Shown piece after piece: positions 1 to 7,422 of a stretch of 32,000 nucleotides of DNA. The DNA is from Horticoccus luteus. Its GTDB lineage: Bacteria; Verrucomicrobiota; Verrucomicrobiia; Opitutales; Opitutaceae. Location of the stretch: assembly GCF_019464535.1 (NCBI RefSeq), contig NZ_CP080507.1, positions 270,001 through 302,000 on the forward strand. The letters run 5' to 3'. Below the pieces are notes generated by a model. The model made no database searches, was not told the DNA's origin, and saw only the letters and a program-made list of their open reading frames with translations. Position numbers and translations under genes: made by a program. The stretch's first letter is position 1. The number at the start of each line of letters is the position of its first letter.

Positions 1-142
1 GCGCCGCATGGAAGCGGTCGCGGCGGAGGTGCGGCGGCGCCGGGCGTTGCGCTTGCAAGCGGCGGCGGAGGCCTCGCGTCCGCCGGGGCAGCCCGGGGCG
101 AACAATGGCGGGCGTCCGCCGCAGCCGCCGGCGCGGCAGTAA
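1..142 (+). CDS. 3' end of an unidentified CDS (partial, runs off the window start)
   Basis: The frame starting at nt 2 is open from the window edge to TAA at 140-142. It translates to ...RRMEAVAAEVRRRRALRLQAAAEASRPPGQPGANNGGRPPQPPARQ*. Third codon positions are mostly G/C, as in the real genes here. There is no recognisable domain. Confidence 0.35.
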   Translation, partial: RRMEAVAAEVRRRRALRLQAAAEASRPPGQPGANNGGRPPQPPARQ

Positions 143-189
143 GACGCGGCAGGCCGGCGTGCGGCGGATTGACGCGGGCGGGCGGAGCG
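116..189. repeat. Copy 1 of a perfect 74-bp direct repeat
   Basis: Base-by-base comparison shows ccgccgcagccgccggcgcggcagtaagacgcggcaggccggcgtgcggcggattgacgcgggcgggcggagcg is identical at 116-189 and 3379-3452. This copy covers the last 8 codons plus the stop of the partial upstream CDS and 47 nt downstream of it. Confidence 0.95.
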
Positions 190-320
190 CAGCAGAGCCA
201 GAGAGAATAGACGCGGTCGTGACCGCCCGTCCTGCGCTTTCGGCCGATCCCCGGGAGGAAAACGCCGCGGGCAGCGAATGTTGAGCGATGAGGTGCGGTG
301 CCAAAGTTTGCGGCGACGTG

Positions 321-3206
321 TTAGTCCGGGACGACATACGCTTCGAACAGCACGGCGCCCGTCGAACCGTCCTTGCTTTCCAGATGCACGGTGTAGACGC
401 CGGCGGCGAGATTATAGACCAAGGCAGCGTCGTGGCTTCCATTATTCAAGGCGAACGCGCCGGCCTGAAGGGCGGCGTCGGCGACGGAAACTTGCTGACT
501 GCTGACCATGCCGCCCGGTGGCGGATCCCACGAGGTGGACCAATCGTCGCTGCCCGCCATCAGATTTCCGCCGGCGTCGAAAACGCGCAAACGAGGATTC
601 TGGCAGACGGGCACGGCGCCGAGAAAACGCGCCAGTCCAGGACCGACACCGCGAAGCAAAATCGGCTGTGGGAGATCGCTTTTGAGCACAAGCCCGATGA
701 TAAGCCGTTCGTCGGGACGGGAGAGTGCGCCGCGGATGGAAAGATTGACGGCCTGGGCGGCTGGCGCGCCGTCCGGTGAGGCGAGCCCGTAAATTTCCGC
801 CAAGGTTTCACCCTCGGTTTGATCTGTGATCGTGATGGTGTAGACGCCCGGCGGTATGGGCAACAACAGCGCACAATCGGCCGAACCAGCCGCGAACGGA
901 AATGCGCCGGCTTCACTTGCACTCGTTGCGAGCCGGGTGATCTCGTTCGCGGCATTGTTGGACCAGCCGGTGTTGCTCGCGAGAAAGACATCCGGACTGT
1001 GGCGCAATGTGAGAGTAGGATGGAGCGACGGATTTGGCACGCCGTAGGCGGCGAGAGCCGGACCGGCGCCCCGCAGCAAAAAGGAGCCGCCGGTGGCGAC
1101 AACGAATCCAGCGATGACCGCCCGATCACCTGAACCGCCGACGGCACGGGCGGACAAGTTGCTCAACCGCGCGGCGCGGGTGTAACTCGAATGCACCGCC
1201 ACCAAGCTATCCTTGCCGCCACCTCTGCCGCCGAGGTTGACGCGGAGAACGCCTTCGGGGGTGAAGGAAATCAACGCATACTTGCTGGCCGAAGAGTAAA
1301 GCGGAACCTCGACCTGTTGCTCGAGGAGCGCGGGATTGAGGTCGACGGCGGGCGCCGCAACGCCGACGCCACGCCCAGAAAGCAGGCCGGCCAACGTGCC
1401 GTCAGGAAACAGGGCGGCGTCGATCTTTGCACTGTCGACGATCAGGCCTTCGCGGGTGCCGCGATACCAGCCTACGCGCGCTCCGCTCGGCAGACGGGCC
1501 GGCGCGAACGTGAGTGGACCCAACGGTTGGCCGCCCCACGAGGCGGCCACGCCCGTGGCGTCACAGTGCAGCGTGAGCGGAGTGGCCTCACTGGGATCAG
1601 AACTCCAGATGATTCCTGTATCCCACGGGAAAATGCCGGCGGGATCGAGCCGGTTGTGCTGGGTGATTTTCCATCCGGAGACGGAGAGGAAGCGCACCGT
1701 GCGGTCTGGGGTCAGTTCGAGAAGAAATTTGTCTCCCGAGCCAAGCGGCAGCGTGCCCGTGTAAAAACCCGGCTGAATTGGAGAAGGAGCAGTGACCGCA
1801 ACCTTGATCGGAGGGCTGAGAATAGTGCCTTGGGCCGTCGTGGCCTGGAGACGATACTCACCTGCGTCCCCCGGAGTTGCGGCGGCGACGGCAAAGGAAA
1901 AATCCGCTGCGGCAGGAGCGACCTCGACGTCATCCTTGATCCAAGTGAGCGTGCCGCCCCCGTTGATATACGGAGCGGCAGCAAAGGAACCGGGGTAGCT
2001 TTCATACCATGTCACGGACGCGGGAGTCTCGATCGTAGAGGCGGCAAACTGCACGTCAGACGTTGGCGGCACGGTGGCGCGATTGCGTTGGGCGGCATCG
2101 CCGTTGGGTTGCGCCCAAGAATCCGCGGCCGGGGGCTGCCCGATATGATACGCACTTAAAGTGATGCCGCCATAGACGCGACCATCCGCGCCGAGCGTGA
2201 AAAACGTGCCGGGGGCCGGAGCGCGCCAGACGACAGTGTGAGCGGCGTTGCGCAAAGTGAGTTGAGCGCCGTCGGCGCAGACAACGCCGCCATCGGCCGT
2301 GAGCGCGAAGGCCGTTTCGGGCCAGCGCCGGAAGCCAAAACCGCGATAGGGTACCAAAAGCGTGCCGCGGTTGGTCGCTAGGAAGAGTTCGCCGGAAGCG
2401 GACACCAGGCCATAACTCGTCCACTCGTCACCTGCCTCGGAGCCCGGCACAATGACGGAGTACGCGGTGCCGATCCCGAAAGGCTCGGTCCAGCGAATCA
2501 TTGATTCCCCGTCCTCGTCATTTAGCACGATGCTTTCGCCGCGAGGACCAAGACCCACCTGCCGTGTGACGCTGGCAGACTCGCCCCAACGAGTATGATC
2601 CGCAAACTCGTCCCGCCGTACCAAGTGGCCCGTGGGTTCAAGCACATGAACTTGTCCAGTAGATTGAACGATGCGGATCAGCCCGTCGTGGTCGACAATC
2701 GCAAGAGGCGACCAAGTGGGAGGGTTGGTATCTGACTCTCCAAGGCCTGCATTACCGGTGGAAGACGGCCAAAGCAGCGAGCCGTCCAACCGGAATGCAT
2801 ATCGGGAGCTAGACGTCAGAACAATGAGCAGATCGTCCGCCAAGCTCAGACAGCAAGGGCTGCTGGAAAAAGGCATCGCCCGGGACCAGCGTAGTGACCC
2901 AGTGGGAGAATAAGAACGCAGCTCCGTGGGGGTAGTGACGTAGACGTTGCCGTCCTCGTCGACCGGCAACCGTTGGGGACGGTTTGGCGCCACGATCCCG
3001 GCCCGCCACAGTTCGTTGCCATCGGAAGAAACCGCCACCAACGAATTGGCACTTCGGGCGAGGATGATACCGTCGGGCGTGATCGAAGGGGCAGTGACCA
3101 ACACCAGATCGGAGGTCCAAAGGCAGGTGCCAGGCTCCGCCGAGGTCTGCGCGAAAGCGGAAGTCGTCAGGATACAAACGAGCAGTGCCTCGTACAGACG
3201 CATCAA
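321..3206 (-). CDS. Secreted multidomain protein of unknown function: signal peptide, PQQ-like beta-propeller, Ig-like domain, middle region and two tandem C-terminal ~140-aa modules
   Basis: 961-aa ORF. The N-terminus MMRLYEALLVCILTTSAFAQTS looks like a signal peptide. Repeated 'DG..LW'-type blades are present (SSDGNELWRA, SPTGSLRWS, RLDGSLLWPS, HTVVWRA). An Ig-like stretch ends ...GDAGEYRLQATTAQG. Two C-terminal repeats begin NLSARAVGG... and NLSIRGALS... and end ...PGVYTITI...LAEIYGL and ...AGVYTVHL...LFEAYVVPD. Confidence 0.85.
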   Translation of the reverse strand: MMRLYEALLVCILTTSAFAQTSAEPGTCLWTSDLVLVTAPSITPDGIILARSANSLVAVSSDGNELWRAGIVAPNRPQRLPVDEDGNVYVTTPTELRSYSPTGSLRWSRAMPFSSSPCCLSLADDLLIVLTSSSRYAFRLDGSLLWPSSTGNAGLGESDTNPPTWSPLAIVDHDGLIRIVQSTGQVHVLEPTGHLVRRDEFADHTRWGESASVTRQVGLGPRGESIVLNDEDGESMIRWTEPFGIGTAYSVIVPGSEAGDEWTSYGLVSASGELFLATNRGTLLVPYRGFGFRRWPETAFALTADGGVVCADGAQLTLRNAAHTVVWRAPAPGTFFTLGADGRVYGGITLSAYHIGQPPAADSWAQPNGDAAQRNRATVPPTSDVQFAASTIETPASVTWYESYPGSFAAAPYINGGGTLTWIKDDVEVAPAAADFSFAVAAATPGDAGEYRLQATTAQGTILSPPIKVAVTAPSPIQPGFYTGTLPLGSGDKFLLELTPDRTVRFLSVSGWKITQHNRLDPAGIFPWDTGIIWSSDPSEATPLTLHCDATGVAASWGGQPLGPLTFAPARLPSGARVGWYRGTREGLIVDSAKIDAALFPDGTLAGLLSGRGVGVAAPAVDLNPALLEQQVEVPLYSSASKYALISFTPEGVLRVNLGGRGGGKDSLVAVHSSYTRAARLSNLSARAVGGSGDRAVIAGFVVATGGSFLLRGAGPALAAYGVPNPSLHPTLTLRHSPDVFLASNTGWSNNAANEITRLATSASEAGAFPFAAGSADCALLLPIPPGVYTITITDQTEGETLAEIYGLASPDGAPAAQAVNLSIRGALSRPDERLIIGLVLKSDLPQPILLRGVGPGLARFLGAVPVCQNPRLRVFDAGGNLMAGSDDWSTSWDPPPGGMVSSQQVSVADAALQAGAFALNNGSHDAALVYNLAAGVYTVHLESKDGSTGAVLFEAYVVPD

Positions 3207-3378
3207 GCACGCCTAGTTTGCGCACTACCAGCGCGCGAGGAGATTTCTCCGTGAGATCGGGCAAACAGCGTGCGTGGTCACGTTTCCTGCGCGGCCTCGG
3301 CGAGGAGTGGGTTTTCAGTCGAGCGATCAACCTCGCGCCGCGGCAGCGGCGGCAGCCGGGCGCGCACGACGGGGAGCC

Positions 3379-3452
3379 CCGCCGCAGCCGCCGGCGCGGC
3401 AGTAAGACGCGGCAGGCCGGCGTGCGGCGGATTGACGCGGGCGGGCGGAGCG
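3379..3452. repeat. Copy 2 of the perfect 74-bp direct repeat
   Basis: Identical to 116-189. It ends 13 nt before the GTG start of the GH35 gene. It carries an orphan ...PPQPPARQ-TAA reading-frame end (TAA at 3403-3405) with no upstream ATG before the in-frame stop at 3214-3216, so it looks like a relic of a gene 3' end. Confidence 0.95.
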
Positions 3453-3465
3453 GCAGTTTGCCGGC

Positions 3466-5277
3466 GTGACGACCCACCGCCCCGCGTCCCGCCATCGGCT
3501 GATTGTGCAGCGCGACGGGTTTTTGCGCCACGGCCAGCCGTTTCAATTTCGCTCGGGTGAGCTGCATTTCTCGCGCGTGCCCCGGCCGTATTGGCGTCAT
3601 CGGTTGAGGATGATGCGGGCCATGGGGCTCAACAGCGTGAGTCCCTACCTGTTTTGGGCGGTGCATGAGCCGCAGCCGGGACGTTTCAATTTCCGCGGCG
3701 AGGCGGATATGGCGGCGTTTGTGCGGCTGGCGGCGCAGGAAGGGATGAACGTGATCCTGCGGCCGGGGCCGTATGTGTGCGCGGAGTGGGATTTCGGCGG
3801 GCTGCCGCCGTGGCTGCTGGCGACGCCGGACATTCGCGTGCGCTGCAGCGACGAGCGTTATCTCACGGCGATGCGCCGCTGGTTGCGGCGGATGGGCCGG
3901 GAGCTGGCGCCGCTGCAAAGCACGCGCGGCGGCCCGATCATCCTCGTGCAAGTGGAGAACGAATACGGCAGCTACGGCGACGACGGCGCTTATCTGGCGA
4001 GCGTGCGCGAGGCGTTGACGGAGGTGGGGTTCGACGTGCCGTTCTTCACCTGCGACGGGCCGGACGCCGTGGCGCGCGGAGCGGTGGCGGGCGCTTTTCC
4101 GGTGGCGAATTTTCCGCTGGATCCAGCGGATGCGTTCGCGAAGTTGCGGGCGTTTTCGCCGGCGACGCCGCTGGCGTGCGGCGAGTTTTACCCGGGGACG
4201 TTCGACCATTGGGGCGAGTCGCACAATCGCGTGCCCATCTCCCGCTCGACGGAGGTGGTGGGCTGGATGCTGGAGCGCAAGGTGTCGTTCAGCCTCTACA
4301 TGGCGCACGGCGGGACGTCGTTTGGCTTTTCGGCGGGAGCCAACACGGGGCCGGCGGGCGAATATCAGGCGACGGTCACGAGCTACGACTACGATTCGCC
4401 GATCGACGAAGGCGGCGGCCCGACGGAGAAATACCGGGCTTTGCGCGCGTTGATCCAAGCGCACACGCCGGAGCGCCTGCCGCCCGTGCCGGGGCCGGTG
4501 GCACCGGCGATCGCGGTGCGGCGCTTCGCGTTGACGGAATCCGCGGCGTTGCTGGAGCACCTCCCGCGGCCGGTGCGCGATCCGCAGCCGCGGCCGATGG
4601 AGGCGTATGGGCAGGCGCACGGGTTGATTTTATATCGTTCGCGACTGGCGGCCGGTGCGGCCGGCCGGCTGACGGTGCGGGAGGTGCATGATTACGGGCA
4701 CGTCTATCTCGATGGCCGGCGGGTGGCGGTGCTTGACCGGCGGCTGGGGCAGAACGCGGTGGACGTGGCGGCGCGGCCGGCGGCGGTGCAGTTGGACATT
4801 CTGGTGGAAGCGATGGGGCGCGTGAACTACGGACCGCACATTTTGGATCGAAAGGGGATCACGCAGTGGGTGGAGTTTCCGGTGCCTTACCCGGCGGGCG
4901 TGGTGATGAACTGGGAGGTGTTCAACCTACCCCTGGATCGCACGCAGTGGCGGCGGTTGAAGTGGCGGGCGGGGCAGGTGGCGGGCCCGGCGTTTCACCG
5001 CGGGAGCTTCACGCTGCGCACGACCGGCGACACCTATCTCGACCTGCGCGGCTGGAGCAAAGGCTACGTGTGGATCAACGGGCACAACCTCGGCCGCTTC
5101 TGGCGCATCGGCCCGCAGCAGACCCTGTATGTGCCGGGCTGTTGGTTAAAACGCGGGCGCAACGAAGTGATCGTGCTCGATCTGGAGCGCGAAAAACGCG
5201 GGTCGGTGGCCGGGCGGCGGACGCCGGTGCTCGGTGAGAACGAACGAGGCGAGGCGTGCGAGCAGTGGCACCCCTGA
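3466..5277 (+). CDS. Glycoside hydrolase family 35 beta-galactosidase (no signal peptide)
   Basis: 603 aa. It carries the GH35 N-terminal signature: GQPFQFRSGELHFSRVPRPYWRHRLRMMRAMGLNSVSPYLFWAVHEPQPGRFNFRG...NVILRPGPYVCAEWDFGGLPPWLL...ILVQVENEYGSYG. The start codon is GTG at 3466. Confidence 0.9.
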   Translation: MTTHRPASRHRLIVQRDGFLRHGQPFQFRSGELHFSRVPRPYWRHRLRMMRAMGLNSVSPYLFWAVHEPQPGRFNFRGEADMAAFVRLAAQEGMNVILRPGPYVCAEWDFGGLPPWLLATPDIRVRCSDERYLTAMRRWLRRMGRELAPLQSTRGGPIILVQVENEYGSYGDDGAYLASVREALTEVGFDVPFFTCDGPDAVARGAVAGAFPVANFPLDPADAFAKLRAFSPATPLACGEFYPGTFDHWGESHNRVPISRSTEVVGWMLERKVSFSLYMAHGGTSFGFSAGANTGPAGEYQATVTSYDYDSPIDEGGGPTEKYRALRALIQAHTPERLPPVPGPVAPAIAVRRFALTESAALLEHLPRPVRDPQPRPMEAYGQAHGLILYRSRLAAGAAGRLTVREVHDYGHVYLDGRRVAVLDRRLGQNAVDVAARPAAVQLDILVEAMGRVNYGPHILDRKGITQWVEFPVPYPAGVVMNWEVFNLPLDRTQWRRLKWRAGQVAGPAFHRGSFTLRTTGDTYLDLRGWSKGYVWINGHNLGRFWRIGPQQTLYVPGCWLKRGRNEVIVLDLEREKRGSVAGRRTPVLGENERGEACEQWHP

Positions 5278-5289
5278 GCTGCCACGGGC

Positions 5290-6000
5290 TTACAATTTCT
5301 CGAAGCGAACGTTCGTTTCCAACACTTCGCCTTCGCGGATGAGGCGCAGCATGACATCCTGGCCGGCGAGCTGGGCCTCGGCTTCGAAGAGCGTTTCCGC
5401 GGAAACGAGATGGATATCGCCCGCGGTGATCAGCACATCGCCGGGCTGGAGGCCGGCGCGGGCGGCCGAGGTGTTGTCGATCACAGCGACCACCTTTACG
5501 CCGGCGGTGCGTTGCAGGTTGTAGCGATCGTCGCTCGAGAGATCGTCCACGTGTACGCCGAGGACGAGCCGGTCGACCTTGCGCAGGAAGGCGGCGGAAA
5601 AACGATACTTGTGGCGGACGATCGGGATGGGCACGCCGGTGAACGCGACGACGGCCATCGTGTGTTCCTCGCCCATGTATTCGTTGTTGGCGAGGACGAC
5701 GTCGGCACCGGCGGCGCGGGCCTGCGTCTGGAGCCACGAATCGGGCACCACCTCAGCGGTGAAGAAGCGCGTGCTGCCGACTTGGAAATAGCCTTGGCGG
5801 AGATAGCGGTTCGTTTCCGGCACGAGGTCAGGAACGGTGTGCACCTCGACGGCGGCCGCCGCGGGCGCGAGGCGAACGACGGAGCGCATCTGCCAGAGAT
5901 CGGGATCGGGGCGAAACAGCGGGCTGAGTTCGCCGGCGATCTGACAGCCGCTGAACAAAGCCAGGGGAAGAAGGAGGAGTCCGAAGCGGCGGCAAATCAT
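5290..6000 (-). CDS. Lipoprotein with C-terminal PDZ domain
   Basis: The internal ATG at 6000 gives MICRRFGLLLLPLALFSGC (signal peptide plus lipobox Cys). The C-terminus GVKVVAVIDNTSAARAGLQPGDVLITAGD is PDZ-like. The upstream 139 codons of the 375-aa ORF overlap the desaturase gene and are Pro/Ser/Arg-rich junk. Confidence 0.75.
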   Translation of the reverse strand: MICRRFGLLLLPLALFSGCQIAGELSPLFRPDPDLWQMRSVVRLAPAAAAVEVHTVPDLVPETNRYLRQGYFQVGSTRFFTAEVVPDSWLQTQARAAGADVVLANNEYMGEEHTMAVVAFTGVPIPIVRHKYRFSAAFLRKVDRLVLGVHVDDLSSDDRYNLQRTAGVKVVAVIDNTSAARAGLQPGDVLITAGDIHLVSAETLFEAEAQLAGQDVMLRLIREGEVLETNVRFEKL

Positions 6001-6082
6001 GAGGTAATCGGCACTGCGATAGTTGGTGCGCGAGGGCGATGGCCAGCCATTTCGCGCCGGCTGGCGAGGAAGTTCGGGCGGA

Positions 6083-7177
6083 TCACTGCGCGGCTTCGGC
6101 GAGAAGGGCGGAGTCGGTGATGCGATCGCCCTCGTGCATCGGCAAGGCCGGGACGTAAACGTAACCGGGTTCCGTGCGCTGGCGGCGGAGGATCGGCAGG
6201 AGAACCTGCCATGTCGCCCACAGGCCGTGCGGCGCGGGCGGGAGGTCGTGGGCGATGGCGGCGCGCAGACGCGGCAGGTTATAAAAGGGGACGGCGGGGA
6301 ACATGTGGTGCTCCACGTGATATTGCATGTTCCAGTAGCAAAAGGCGGGGAGCCAGCCGCAGGTGTAGGTGCGGGTGTTGAGGCGGAAATCGGCGACGTC
6401 GGAGGAGAGGCCGACATGTTGCGCAGCGCCGCAGAGCGTCACAAACCAGCCGCAGTATTGGCACCCGAAGGTGATGACAACGATGAGAAACCAGTGGCCG
6501 GTGGCGATGAAGATCGCGGCGAGGGCGAGATGGCCAAGGAGGACAGTGCGAGCCCACGTGCGGAGTTCGCGGCGCAGGGCGGGATTTGCGGCGGGCACGA
6601 CCCGCTGGAGCCACCAGGCTTTGAAAAACCCGTCGTGCGAGAGATCGCCGCACGCGGCGGCGATCCAGAAGCGCAGGAGTTTGAGCAGGCCGGTCGGGCT
6701 GAAGGTGAGCGCGGTGAGGACGAATTTCACGCCGTGCCAGTCCAGGCCCTGCGGGAGGACGACCTCGCCGTCGTGGTCGTGGTGCACAGTGGCCTGGTGG
6801 TGGCGAATGTGGCTGGCGCGATAGCCGATGGGGTCGAACCAGGCGAGGAACGCGTAGATTTTCAGGAAGAACGTGTTGAGCGATTGGGTCGCGAACGGCG
6901 TCTTGTGGCACAGCTCGTGGCAGGCGATGCCGCCGAAAAAACTGGCGAAGGTGCCGTGCACAAACAGCGCGAGCAGCAGGAGCGGCAGCGCCCACGGCCA
7001 CGTGGTGACGTGGACCTGGCGAAACGCGAGGCAGGCGAGCGTGGCGGTGACGGCGTAGAGGGCGAGCTGCGGGAGAACTTGCGCAAACGCGCGGGCGTCG
7101 CTCTTACGCATGAGGTCGCTCATCACGGCGCGGTCGACCTTCGTGCGATACCAGTTGATCTTGAGTGGCTCGGTCAT
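6083..7177 (-). CDS. Membrane fatty-acid desaturase family protein
   Basis: Three histidine boxes are present: HELCH, HIRHH and HVEHH (the last in MQYHVEHHMFPAVPFYNL), along with multiple hydrophobic segments. I chose the start at ATG 7177 (MTEPLKINWYRTKVD...). The longer ORF extension is Arg/Pro-rich and overlaps the divergent intergenic region. Confidence 0.85.
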   Translation of the reverse strand: MTEPLKINWYRTKVDRAVMSDLMRKSDARAFAQVLPQLALYAVTATLACLAFRQVHVTTWPWALPLLLLALFVHGTFASFFGGIACHELCHKTPFATQSLNTFFLKIYAFLAWFDPIGYRASHIRHHQATVHHDHDGEVVLPQGLDWHGVKFVLTALTFSPTGLLKLLRFWIAAACGDLSHDGFFKAWWLQRVVPAANPALRRELRTWARTVLLGHLALAAIFIATGHWFLIVVITFGCQYCGWFVTLCGAAQHVGLSSDVADFRLNTRTYTCGWLPAFCYWNMQYHVEHHMFPAVPFYNLPRLRAAIAHDLPPAPHGLWATWQVLLPILRRQRTEPGYVYVPALPMHEGDRITDSALLAEAAQ

Positions 7178-7422
7178 GGGGTGGACGTCAGGTGGCAGGG
7201 AGGCAGGCCGCGGAGAGGGGGATGCGGCGATGACTAATGGGAGCGCGGACCGCCGGGCCGCAAGAATTGTCGGATGGTTTTGGGGCGCCGATGGGCGGTG
7301 GCGCGATGCCGCGGCGAGAGCCCGGGGACGGAACCGTGGGCGGCGGGCGCCGGCGGGAGGGGAGGCGACGTTTGGCTCGCGGCGCGATCGGCGGGTGGCA
7401 GAGTGCGCGCGCCCTTTCACCC

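Noticed and set aside
2809-4620. A 603-aa minus-strand ORF spanning the divergent region and the GH35 gene.
   Set aside because: It has an extreme Arg/Pro/His/Ala composition (RRRRRKRPQLRER...). It lies antisense to the GH35 signature region and crosses the intergenic spacer. It is a GC-driven artefact.
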